From: Thelocarpon superellum
Lineage: Eukaryota
NCBI GenBank assembly: GCA_026025795.1
Contig: JAPEUG010000094.1
Coordinates: forward strand, 1 to 50,203
Reading direction: 5' to 3'
DNA: 50,203 bases
Under the pieces are notes generated by a model. It was not told the DNA's origin, did not search any database, and saw only the letters and a program-made list of their open reading frames with translations. This document shows positions 12,391 to 23,895 of the stretch, in pieces. Position 1 is the first letter of the stretch. Every line of letters starts with the position of its first letter. The position numbers were made by a program, and so were the translations under genes.

Positions 12391-14482
12391 ATGGCTCTCG
12401 ACGACTTGGCCGTCATGGTGGAACCTGATATGCTCGACGGAGAAGACTTTCTATCGGTCATCCCCCTGAGGGCTTTGTCTGAGGAACTGTGCGATCCCTC
12501 GGTGGCCGCCTGCTGTGCCGCTGAGTGCGAGCGCGGTCGTTGCACTGAAGTAGCCTTCTCGAAGAGGGGCAAGCAGTGTCCTCCCAAGCTAGGGCAACTT
12601 CTGCAATCCCCACCGCGCGGGGCTCACTCGATCTCCGCCTTCCAGCCATTAGCGGAACGAGCGCTCTGCTCCGTCCATCAAAAGTTCGCGGGAATCGCCG
12701 CCACGGCTTGGGCGGCTGAAGGCGAGCCGAAACAAGCCATGATCCTCATGCTGATGGCTCTCCCATCTAATCCGAGGAACTGGTCTTGCCGAGGCGGATG
12801 CTCGGCATCCCTACCCATCCGCGCCCGTAGACTCGCTCGTCATCACGTGGATATCATGACGAATACAGAAGGATTTCACCTCGCATCTGTCCAGATGATT
12901 GCTCCAAATCTGTGGTGTGACAAGCATTTGCCAGTGAACCTCGATACGGACTCGGCACTTTTCGACGGAGCAGAAACCTCCCCTCTATTTGGGCTGGAGC
13001 GATCCGAGAGCCCACTTTTTTCTCATTGGAATGGCGAAGGGTCTACCGCAAGTGTATCCCGCCAAGGCCGGACGGAACGGCGTGAGGAGGGTTCGCCCTC
13101 CCCTGCTGCAAGATCTCCGGCCACCGCGAAGAGACAGCAATCGAGCACCACGACACCTGCGAGCAAGAAGGCAAAGATCACAGTGAGACCCTCATCCAAT
13201 GAGCCAAATAGGGCGTGCATAACCATTTTTCCAGTCGTCTGAGCCACGGATACTAAAGCAACCTCGCACTCGAGCCTCCAGTAGCGCGGCGCTTCTATAT
13301 CCACCTCCCCATGTTCGACGACGGTCTGCTCCCAGTGACCTGTACGAGGGAGGCTCTACATCGGACTTGGGTCAAAGCTCCTCGGTTTCGGAGGGGATGC
13401 GAAGTGTATCCAGCCCGTTGAATACTCTTTCGACCTACTCTCCCTCAACACCTGAACCGGAAGCGGGATCTGATCCAGATACTGACATATATGAGTCGAA
13501 TCCCGAATTTACCCGACGCCATAGCGCGGCGCCACAAGGGTCATTCGATGCACTTGATCATCTTCTACCGGGTATTTGCATTCCATCTTTCGAGGAACAC
13601 TTCCCGGAGAAGTGGGATCTCGGCGGCGGTGATCTCGACCGACACCTTCTCCAAAAGATTGGGGAGCGAAAAACAGCGTCTGAAACGGGCGCCAAACCTC
13701 CGAAATTTGGCTACGTGTACCTTTTCCGATGTGAAGCGGACCCAGTCTACGTGAAAATTGGAATGACGACGCAAACGGTTGGAAAACGCCTCTACCAGAT
13801 CAAAACTTCCCATTGCAGGTGGCAAACCTACAGGAACGTCCCCTATGCGAATCAGCGCAAGGTTCACAACCCCGTTCTGGTAGAAGCTCTGGTGCATAAC
13901 GAATTCCACGACCGACGGAGACGCTTCTCGTGCAAGTGCAAGCCGCCTGCTAAGGGCACAATGGTGGCCGGCTCCAGCCCGAAGAGAAGCGAATGGTTCC
14001 AGGTATCTGATCAGGAGGCCGCGGCCGCCATCTTGCGCTGGGCTGATTGGGTCGACCCACGTACCAAGCTCTTTGGGCTATGGACGTGCCCGGCGCCCTT
14101 CTCGCGACGAGGTGCACTTCGAACCTGGTGGCGGGAGAAAGTCTTCGGGCGACCGGGTGGCCCCCCCAGCCCCGCGCGCCATCCCGCACTGGGCATCGAC
14201 CTCGCGCGCTGGGAGATCTGGCTCCAGCCGCCACCGGTGCACATTGCACTTGGCATGTGCATGGAAGATTTCGCCTCAGATATGTACGATCATGTCATGG
14301 CCATGCGCGAACATAAGCCGAGCCGCTGCTACGAGCTCCAGACTCGCGCTATAAGCCTGTTCATCGTCGTCATCGTCATCATCGTTACGGTCTCGTATGA
14401 CCTGTGCCCTGAGAATTCGCCTGGGTTTCTGCTTACGCTGGCGGCCGCTACCGTCGTGGATTTGATACGGGCTGTCTGGTGA
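12391..14482 (+). CDS. T5orf172/MUG113-type GIY-YIG-superfamily domain protein, ~679 aa, 2 exons, Cys/His-rich N-terminus and two C-terminal hydrophobic helices
   Basis: ORFs 12391-13242 and 13367-14482 are joined in frame by a 52-nt phase-0 intron 13183-13234 (GTGAGA...ttttccAG); the frame is open from 13235. Domain motifs FGYVYLF...YVKIGMT...KRL...C, LVEALVHNEF, CKC and SEWF. C-terminal AISLFIVVIVIIVTVSY and FLLTLAAATVV. Confidence 0.8.
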
Positions 14483-14619
14483 TCCGTCGCGGTGCGATGC
14501 ATGTGCATACGGTTGATTGATTCTGTTCCAAGCGGGGTCCCTAACACGGGAATGCACCTTGATCATCTTCCCAGTTGTGTATGGCTTCACTAGGGATAAG
14601 GGAGGGATACGACAAGGGC

Positions 14620-16633
14620 TCATGTGCCTGGCGCTGCAGCTGAGCCAGTCGCGGTCTCTGCCCTTCTCGCGCTAGCGGATGCAACCGTGGATGCAGAGGT
14701 CGGCGTCGGCGTGGAAAGGGACATAGAGGCAGAGCCTGATGGATTCGCACCTCCCGCGCCACCTCCGCCTCTGCCCTTGCTGCGACCCCCGCGCGATCCT
14801 CCGCCTCGTCCGCCACGACCGTGCTCGCCGCGTCCATGACCTGTGCCAGTTGAGAGTCTATCGCTTCCTCCACCCCCACCACCAGAAGAGGTTGCAGCGG
14901 CAGTCGAGCTGGCGGACGCAGGGCCTCTCTCCCTCCTCTCCATCACCACCACCTGTCCGTCGGCGACCTTGACCGGACTGGCGTCCACAGCGCTCTGTAG
15001 CTCAGCAGGCTTGACGAAGTCGACGTAGCCAAAGCCCTTCTTCTTGTCAATCGACACGCTGTGCACCGTCCCGAAAGCGGCCATCGCCGCGCGTAGAGAA
15101 GAGTCCGTGATGCCTTGCGATGCGTTGGCGTGTTTTAGGAAGGCCTGCGTGCCCAGCTGTTTGCTCCCCTTCTGCGTGTTCGGGGTCCGCTCTTTGCTCC
15201 CTGCTGATGCTGATGCGGCTGCTGCCGATGTCAAGGCCTTGGTCTCTGGTGTAGCGGTGGGAGCATCGGAAGAAGGATTGTTTTTCTTGCGCAGGAGAGC
15301 GTGAGTGGTGGTGACGTCGCCCATGCTGCTCGGGCCGCTCCCGTCTGCTGCGTCCTGAGCTAGGCCAGGCTTGTTGTTGGCGGTCGCGGACTCGGTCGGT
15401 GCGTCTGTGCCAGACTTGCTGCCTGGTGGACCTCCTGGACCGTCCTGTCTGGAGGCGCTGGAGGCGCTGGCCTTGGAAGGTGACGACGTAGGCCGCTCGG
15501 TGCGTGTCCTCGGTGACTCTCCTGCCTCGCGCTTGGTACTGCCCCGTCGAGCTGCAGAGCCTGGTCCTAGACCCAAGTCACGTTGCAAGATCTTGGCCGC
15601 TGCGCTCGCATTGCCCCGCTCTCTCTTCCTCTCCGCTGGTGGGCCGCTGGATGGTGCAGACGTAGCTGTCGTCGCGTTCGATGACGCAGCCGTAGAAGTG
15701 CCTGACGATTTAGACTTGGCGGCCCCGGCTTCTTTGTGCAAGACCTTGATGGCGGTTTTGGCGGCCTTGTCAAATCTCCCGTCTTTTCCGCTCTTGCGCG
15801 CGTCTGCGGATAAGATCTTGGCGTTCTTGCCTGGCGACTTCTTGTCCCCGGCCTTGTCGCCGCGACTCTCCCTGGATTCAGCCCGGCTGTGCTTGGTTCC
15901 CTTGGTGGAGGAGCCGCCATCTTTGCCCTTGCTGGCCTTCCTGTCTTTCAGGTACTGAACCAGGGGGGTCATGGTCACCGGGTCTTCCTTGGCGATGGCT
16001 TCCTCTCCGCCCTCGGCGAGACTAGGTTTCGGCGCCGGAGGATTGGTCAGGCTTTCCAGGAATGCGATGAACTCGGGGTCCTGGTCGATGGTGCCTTGTC
16101 GCGCATCTTGCCGCCGCTTGTTGCCAGGCAATCGCCCGTATGGGGCAAACTCGACGGACGGAGGTCCCAGCAGTGAGGGGCTATTCCAGGTCGATTTGGC
16201 ATCATGGAAGGGCGTCTGTCGCACATGGTCCGAAAGGGCCGTGAGATTGGCCGGGTCGGTCAGATGCAGATACACTCTCGAAGGCCGCGACGCTTTGGCT
16301 AAGCTGACGAGAGGAAAGGTCAGCAAGAGGAGGGGAGTAGCGCGGGGCAGGTTCTACTTGCTCTTGTGACACCTTGCCTGGCCGATAGAACATCCAGTCC
16401 ACTTTCCCTTGACCCTCTTGCCATGGAGTGCCCAGAGCTTCCTCGAGCTCAGCTTGCGTCAGACCGGGAGGTAGCCGTCGAATGACCACCTTGAGCCGTG
16501 GTCCCGCCGCCCGGCTCGTTCCACCCTTGTGTGCCCCTGGCTGCGTTGAGGCGGCCGGGACCGGGAGAATGCCACTGGAGGCTCCATTGCGTGGTGGTTT
16601 CGCGATCGTCACCCGCGGTGTCGAGCTGGCCAT
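14620..16633 (-). CDS. UPF3: Nonsense-mediated decay factor UPF3 (Smg4/UPF3 domain), ~651 aa, 2 exons
   Basis: RLKVVIRRLPPGLT, YRPGKVSQD|LAKASRPSRVYLHL, VEFAPY, DARQGTIDQDPEFIAFLESL and TPLVQYLK are typical of fungal Upf3. Exons 16633-16362 and 16303-14620 with a 58-nt GC-AG intron. Confidence 0.92.
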
Positions 16634-17127
16634 CGAGGGGGTCCGATGAGCCCACGAAATGTCTTAGTAGGAGATGGCCTGAGGTCGACGCAGGCCTGAG
16701 ACTTTGCTAGACAGCTTATCGTAGCATCGTCGGGTATCCTTGAAGACGTCGAGTGGACCGTCAGGGTATGCTTAAGGTTCCTGCATGCAAATCTTCACAG
16801 CGGAACATATCAAATGTTAAAGTGGGCGGACTAAAGAGTTGACCATCAGGGTGGAATGCCGCGTGGGGCTGACGCAGATACGGTGAAACTTATATCGCCG
16901 AGGCCGATTCCACGATCCCATACCACACATCACAACCAGCCCGACTCCTTCATCGCGGCCTTTGGCTCGTCACATTATTCGGGTTCATTCGTGTCGGACC
17001 CTCCAACCGCTCGCTCCACCGCCACAATCTACGACTCTGCGACGATCCTGGCGCGAACTCTCAGGCCGGACAATTGGCTGTCGTTCCGCATATCGCCTCC
17101 GCTGGGCACCGGGGCTCACCATCCGCG
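16634..17127. promoter_or_regulatory. Probable shared divergent promoter and 5' UTRs of UPF3 and SIT4
   Basis: Head-to-head start codons at 16633 (-) and 17128 (+), 494 nt apart. No specific sites identified. Confidence 0.55.
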
Positions 17128-18638
17128 ATGATGGAAGAACCAATACCCCAGCCAGGCCCGGCACGGATCTCCAAGGGCGGCGGTCCCGACGAATGGCTGG
17201 AGCAGGCCAGGCAGTGCAAATATCTCCCGGAGACGGATATGAAGCGGTTATGTGAGATCGTGAAGGAGTGCTTGATGGAAGGTAAATGTATCATTGGCTC
17301 TACGGGGCCTTCGTGGTGGCTTTAGCAGAGAACTGACGGTGCATTTCATACACAGAGTCCAACATCCAGCCCGTTCAGACGCCCGTCACCGTCTGTGGCG
17401 ACATCCACGGACAATTCTATGACCTCCTCGAGCTCTTCCGCGTGGCAGGAGGCATGCCCAACTCCACCCACGTCGCTCCTCCCACCGTCCCCACCAGAGT
17501 CATCACCTCGGACGACTTCGAACCCCCGTCCGAGATCACCGACCCCAAGTTACGACGCAAGCTCAAGTCGGACAGCAGCGCCGAGCTCTGCAACAGCGAC
17601 GACGATGACGGGGAGGGTCGGGGCCGGGGCCGAAGTCGTGAGCAAGATCCTACGAGCACCGCGAGCGAACGAGCCGATTCTGGATTGGACATGGGCGTCA
17701 AGGAAGAGCCACGTGGGGCACAGAACTACATTTTTTTGGGGGACTTTGTGGATCGGGGATATTTCAGCTTGGAAACCTTTACGTTGTTGATGTGTCTGAA
17801 GGCAAAGTCGGGACGCCTCGCACGAAGCTGCCTCTCCCACGCTCGCGGCTGATCAGAAGAATCTAGATACCCGGACCAGGTGACCCTGGTACGCGGGAAC
17901 CACGAGTCACGACAGATCACTCAAGTCTACGGCTTCTACGAAGAGTGCCAGACGAAGTACGGGAACGCGTCGGTGTGGAAGTCATGCTGCCAGGTCTTTG
18001 ACTTCTTGGCCCTAGCCGCCATCGTGGATGGAAAGGTGCTCTGCGTCCATGGCGGTCTCAGTCCCGAGATCCGCACCTTGGATCAGATTCGGGTCGTAGC
18101 ACGGGCGCAGGAGATTCCCCATGAGGGCGCCTTCTGCGACCTGGTCTGGAGTGACCCGGAAGACGTCGACACCTGGGCCGTCTCCCCTCGAGGAGCGGGC
18201 TGGCTGTTCGGCGACAAGGTCTCGGAAGAGGTGCGTCGCGACTGACACCAGCCTGAACAAGCCCCGGGAGGCTGACCGGCCATCCAGTTCAACCATGTCA
18301 ACGGCCTTCAACTGATTGCACGAGCACATCAGCTTGTAAACGAAGGGTTCAAGGTACGACGAGCAAGAGCCTGAGCATGGGCATGAGCATGAGCATGAGC
18401 ATGAGCACACTTGTCACCATCTGCCCAGGCTAACGGATCGATGCAGTATCACTTCAAGAATAAGGATGTCGTCACGGTGTGGTCGGCGCCCAACTATTGT
18501 TACCGATGCGGCAACGTCGCATCCATCATGAACCTGGAAGAAGACCTGAATGCCAAGTTCACCATCTTCAGTGCCGTGGCTGATGAGCATCGCGCGGTGC
18601 CCTCGGGTCGGGCCGGGCGGGGAGAGTACTTTTTGTGA
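17128..18638 (+). CDS. SIT4: Ser/Thr protein phosphatase SIT4/Ppe1 (PP6 catalytic subunit), ~408 aa, 5 exons
   Basis: Exons 17128-17281, 17356-17806, 17867-18230, 18288-18353, 18447-18638 (1227 nt). PPP motifs [35 protein letters not shown], with SIT4-like GPDEWLE N-terminus and YFL C-terminus. Confidence 0.95.
18361..18408 (+). repeat. (GAGCAT)n degenerate hexamer repeat in SIT4 intron 4
   Basis: gagcaa gagcct gagcat gggcat gagcat gagcat gagcat gagcac. Confidence 0.85.
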
Positions 18639-19614
18639 TGCAGTGCGATGATCATCGTTCACGCGGGTGAGGATGGCCCACATGATCTGCGGCATAATCG
18701 ATGCGGCTTGCGTCGCCTGCCTAGAGTGGGAGCCTGCTGCGACCGTCATTGTTGAAGCGGTTGCGAGTGATGACTTGCGAGTTACAATGTACCATACGAT
18801 GTTCACAGCGAGTCAGACCTGCGTAGATTGGACGTGCAAGTTACGGCAATGGCCGGGTTATCATTGAGCGACGACGAAGATGCTAAAATCCAAGCGCCAA
18901 GTAGTACAATGCACCGCCGCCCCGCTCTGCCTTTGCCCCATGGCCAGGCCCAGCATATCAAAGCCTGTCAGACCTCCATCAACACCCACCCAGCTCAGCC
19001 GACCGAAGTCAAGCACAAGACAGGGTCGAGATCATCACCACTCTCTAGACCAGCCCGGAGGCCGGCCGAGGCGAGAGTACAACGGCTTCACTCTTGGGCG
19101 TCGAGGATATTCGATCATCAGCCAGGTTGGAATCTGTGGCTCTGGTAAAGAGCTCAGAAGAGGACGTTTACTATAGAATTGATTCTATCTGCAAGGGTGA
19201 AGAGCCGCCGTTAGCAGAGCCCATGATGAGGATAGACCTGAGGTGAGGTGGCGGCGCAGGAAAGAAATGGGGAAGGACTCACGAAGTAAAGTCGACATGA
19301 AGAAAAAGAAGAAAGGAAGCGGAAGGGAAGAGATTCTGTGTGGGTTTATATAGTCCAGTGCGTTCTCGGCAAAATCACGCCAAGACTGCCAAGACCTAAC
19401 TTTCCATTTGCGCCCTAAATTCTACGTATCTAATTGGCTCCTCGACCGAATTTCAATATCAAACATTTCAAATCCCCGCCGTCTCCGGAGATGGACGTAG
19501 GCAGGTTATTGGATTGTATATCACAATGACCTTTGGCCTGGACCGCGATTTTACGATCTCCTAGAGGGCTCGGTTTCGACCCATACCTCGGCCGCTCGGT
19601 GGTGGCGGAGTAGG

Positions 19615-21397
19615 ATGGCATCACACTCCGCCTCGCAGAGGTATCTAAGTTCAAGAGGAGGGTCATCTAATGTACGCCATCCTCGGCCGAACGATACAAT
19701 TGTGATCATCCTGCTGACACGTGTGCAGCTCTCTTTCGAAGACGTGGTGCTGAAGGGCCTAGCTTCGGACGGTGGCCTCTTCCTCCCAAAGGAGATCCCG
19801 ACACTCTCTGCGGAGTGGTTTGCCGTGCGGCAAAATACGTTCTCCTTTGAAGAATTGGCATTTGACATCCTTTCACTTTATATCTCCCCATCGGAAATAC
19901 CGCCTTCAGATCTGCGAGAGGTCGTGAAAAGAAGCTATTCGACCTTCCGGGCAAAAGACATCACTCCCTTGGTTCCCTTGGACCCGAAACAAAATCTACA
20001 CTTACTTGAGCTTTTCCACGGCCCCACATTTGCCTTCAAGGACGTAGCGTTACAATTGCTGGGCAACCTGTTTGAATACTTTCTCATACGGCGCAATCAA
20101 GACCACGAGGAGAAGAAGCGCCACCATCTGACCGTCATCGGCGCCACGAGTGGAGATACTGGCTCGGCAGCCATTTATGGCCTCCGCGGGAAGAAGGATG
20201 TGTCCGTCTTCATCCTCCATCCCCGAGGAAAAGTCAGCCCCGTGCAAGAGGCTCAAATGACAACCGTTCTTGATGCGAACGTGCACAATTTGGCGGTGGA
20301 AGGTACCTTTGATGACTGTCAGGTACGTGATGCCATTTCTTCGACGCAGCCTTGCCCGCAGAGCCGTCTGACCGTGCGGCGGGATATAGGATGCCGTCAA
20401 GGCTCTATTCGCCGACCCCATCATCAACGCAACGCACAATCTTGGTGCCGTCAATTCGATTAACTGGGCTCGCATCCTTGCGCAAATCACATACTACTTC
20501 CACTCATACTTCTCGCTCCGTCGCTCCAGCAGCTTCAGGGAGGGCGACAAAGTCCGATTTGTCGTGCCAACGGGCAACTTTGGAGATATCCTCGCCGGCT
20601 TTTACGCCAAACGGATGGGCCTACCGATGGAGAAGCTGGTGGTGGCCACAAATGAGAACGACATTCTCCACCGCTTCTGGACGACGGGCTACTACGAGAA
20701 GAGCGCCGTACATGGACGAGCAGCTGAAGGCGGCTTGGCTGGCGACGGGGTGAAGGCTCACTCCGACGGAGTCAGAGAAACCCTAAGCCCAGCCATGGAC
20801 ATCCTAGTCAGCAGCAACTTCGAGCGACTGCTGTGGTACCTCGCTTTCGACGCATATGGTGGGCATGACGTTACGGAGTCTCAGAGGATCGCTGGCGAAA
20901 AAGTCGCGCATTGGCTAGGAGAGTTGAAGGTCCAGGGCGGCTTTGGGGTCGAGCCATCGGTGCTGGAAGCAGCCAAACGCGACTTTGAGAGCGAGCGCGT
21001 ATCAGACGAGGAGACGGTGAAGACCATCAAGGCCTTCTATTCCGCGGCCGTGACCCAAGAAACGGACCCGGACCGCACATCTCACGTACGGGGCTACATA
21101 CTCGACCCGCATTCCGCCATCGGCGTCACGGCGTCTCTGCGCTCCATCGCCCGCGCTCCGCCGCCCAAGACTCATCACATCTCGCTTGCCACGGCGCACC
21201 CGGCCAAGTTCGCAAATGCCGTCGACCAGGCGCTCAAGAACCAGGAGGGTTTTGACTTCCGCGACGTGCTGCCCGAGCAGTTTGTGGGCCTCGAGCAGAA
21301 AGAGAAGAGGGTCACGACCGTACCGGAAGGTGCGGGCTGGGAGGGCGTCAGAGCCATCCTCGTTAAGGAAGTCGCCTTGGAACTGGCAGAATCGTGA
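19615..21397 (+). CDS. THR4: Threonine synthase, ~552 aa, 3 exons
   Basis: Exons 19615-19671, 19729-20322, 20390-21397 (1659 nt). Motifs RYLSSRG, GLASDGGLF, ELFHGPTFAFKDVA (PLP lysine), GATSGDTGSAA, NSINWARI, VPTGNFGD, LATAHPAKF. Confidence 0.97.
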
Positions 21398-21523
21398 GAG
21401 CTTGCTACGTCGTCTACGTTGACGATGACGTTTCGGCATAGAGATATCGGTCTTGACGTAGAAAATCGTAAAGGTCCGCCCGTATCCAGACCGCTTCGAG
21501 TAACAAGACTCATCTAAGCCGTG

Positions 21524-22831
21524 TCACCATCGTCGTCCGCGCCACGTAGTCTCGCGGCCTTTGTCCTCATCGAAACCCTCGGCCTGTCTCTCTCGCTCAA
21601 GCTTCTCGTCAAAGGCCCTCCGTGACTCCGCCTCGGCGAGGTGGCGCTCCTCGGCCGAGTTCGCAATGGCGAAGGGATCGTCGCCTCGTGCCCGTGGACG
21701 CTCACGTTCGCTTCGCTCCTCGCGCATGCCGTTGGCTCGAGCCAGGGGCCAGACATTGGACGGGCTCGAGGATGATGGTGCTGGTGATGTTGTAGATGTC
21801 GATTCAACGCTCGATGGCCACGATGATCGCGACGAGCTTGATGACGACGAGGCGGAAGTAGGCGCGCCAGCGTTTCGGCGGATCCGGTCCCACGTTGAAC
21901 CTCCTTCGCCCGACTCGTCTCCTATTGACCCGAACCCAGACGTGGGCGACGCATCATCGTGGGCACCGCCACTTTCTGTGTCCTCTGTCGCTCGTGGTCT
22001 TGCTCGAAAGCCCCTGCGCGCTGGTGATGCTCGCGACTGCGTCTCTCGCGCTTTGATCTGCTGGTCCGACAACATGTCGTCTTCTCCGGCCGACAGCCCA
22101 GACAAATCATCGACACCTTCCGTCATCTGCGCCGGACTTGCGTCGTCAACGGGCTTTGACCCCCACGGTCCGGGCGTCTTCGCCCCAGGACTCCCCAAGA
22201 TCTCGCCTTGCTTCTGCCTTCGATGATCCCGAATCTCCTGCGCCTTTGCCATCAACTCTTTATTATGTTCCTTGAGCGCCGGATCTCTTCGCTCCTTCAC
22301 GGCCATGACGCTGCCAGCGTAGCTATACACAAACAACGTGCCGACCACATGCCCAACGGTTCCATATGCAAGATATCGGAGGCATTGCCATACGAATTTC
22401 GCATGACGCCCCACCAGGAAGGAGAACTTCCAGATGGGGAGCTGGTCGGGCTTGGGTTGCCACAGCGGAAAGCGATAGCTTCGGCGGGTGACGTAGGCGC
22501 GGTACAGCCCCGCCGCCGGGCCTGCGGGTACGCCATATGATGCCGTGGCCAGCATGCGGGATGAATGCCCGGCAATGGACGTTGCTTCGTCCTCTGTCAA
22601 TGGTCGTTTGAGGATTTTCTCGTGGTACGTAAGATTGGTTTCCACCGTCCTGACGATGTAGTCCTGCGAGAAACCAAACAACGGTCCCAGTACCGGCAGC
22701 GGTCGGGCGATGACGGATCGATCGTACCGGATTTGTTCGGCCCTGGTCTCGTAAGGGTCATTGTCGGAGGCTGGAAGCTCGTCGGTTACGTCAGGGTCCA
22801 TGTTCGGGTCCGAAGCCTGTTCGAGGACCAT
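21524..22831 (-). CDS. Hypothetical fungal protein, ~435 aa, with two hydrophobic segments and a disordered acidic C-terminus
   Basis: Long uninterrupted ORF with first ATG at 22831. Ordered N-half (LPVLGPLFG, RPLTEDEA, YRFPLWQP) and C-terminal STWDRIR / AFDEKLERERQ segments resemble a conserved uncharacterised Pezizomycotina family. Start is uncertain because of a possible upstream acceptor (ccacag near 22878). Confidence 0.8.
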   Translation of the reverse strand: MVLEQASDPNMDPDVTDELPASDNDPYETRAEQIRYDRSVIARPLPVLGPLFGFSQDYIVRTVETNLTYHEKILKRPLTEDEATSIAGHSSRMLATASYGVPAGPAAGLYRAYVTRRSYRFPLWQPKPDQLPIWKFSFLVGRHAKFVWQCLRYLAYGTVGHVVGTLFVYSYAGSVMAVKERRDPALKEHNKELMAKAQEIRDHRRQKQGEILGSPGAKTPGPWGSKPVDDASPAQMTEGVDDLSGLSAGEDDMLSDQQIKARETQSRASPARRGFRARPRATEDTESGGAHDDASPTSGFGSIGDESGEGGSTWDRIRRNAGAPTSASSSSSSSRSSWPSSVESTSTTSPAPSSSSPSNVWPLARANGMREERSERERPRARGDDPFAIANSAEERHLAEAESRRAFDEKLERERQAEGFDEDKGRETTWRGRRW

Positions 22832-23895
22832 GGTTGGAGGTTCCAGTAGGAGCCGGCCTTGTTGGATCTCGAGGTCCTGTGGAATGGGCAGTAAATTGGA
22901 GCAGGACAATGTCCGTCAAGAGCGACAACAAAGTACGAGTAGCTATGATGGTAACTATATCGTCACTGACGTCGGTGAATGGCGCACTGTAGCCAAGTCT
23001 GGCAAGGGAAGCGAGCGTTATATTTCGAATAAGGCGAGTTTTCAGTGGCTGTCATGGTCATTCGGAAAGAAGACCTTCGCACCTCACGCGGCTTTTCCCG
23101 TTCCACTCCAACGGAAGTTAAGGTGCCCAGTTCGAATCCCGTGGTGGTCGTTCAACTCGTGTGGGTAACCTACGATCGCTTGAAGACCTTAAGCAATGAG
23201 TTTGAATCTTGAGGGAAGCAATTCTGCAGAGACATTCTCACCACCGGGTGGCGATGCTGGAGGACACCTTCTTTCGGTTTGGGACAAGTTATGTGAGAGA
23301 TGGGTCAACTTTTTGACCCTATCCACGTCGGATGAAAATCATCTCCAAAAACCTCCATAGCATCCCGTGTCGTCAACAACTTCCCGTACCCCTTGTCTGC
23401 CTTTGCGCGCCCATTTCTGTGCTCTTTCTGCATTACGCACCTAGCGCTTTATCACTTCGGCTTCGTGCGTCATCTTGTCGCAGCTGACTGACATCTTCAT
23501 TGTGGATAAGAAGCATGGCCTCCCAAAAATTCCCAATTGAGATAGTTGAAGGTGCTGCTTCATTATGGACGGCTTCGTACGCTCAGGCATTGGGATCTCT
23601 CAGTCTCGCGCTACCCAGCCCGTGTAGCCTGCAACGGGCCGGACAGTAGGCTTCGCCAGTGCTCACCGTGAGCTGTCAAATTGTGAGCAGTTTGAGGAAA
23701 GCACCCAAGAAACGCTGCATTCAACAGCATGTCCTGAGGAAATGATCGGCAAGAGTGCTATCTAGCGGCTCGTCAAGGTACCCTGGATCATGGTATATGA
23801 CGACGGTCTCGGCCTGGAAACAGCTCGTTACACATCTTCGCAGTCAAGGAACCCGTTCTGACCGGAGAGCACCAGCAGAAAACAAAGGGATCCTC

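Noticed and set aside
22983..23150. tRNA-like A-box (TAGCCAAGTCTGG, ~22990) and B-box (GTTCGAATCC, ~23130)
   Set aside because: T-stem (CCCAG vs CCCGT) and acceptor stem do not pair and no cloverleaf can be drawn. At most an isolated B-box-like site.
23302..23319. Perfect 7-bp inverted repeat GGGTCAA-cttt-TTGACCC
   Set aside because: Short enough to arise by chance in 50 kb, with no second copy or other support.
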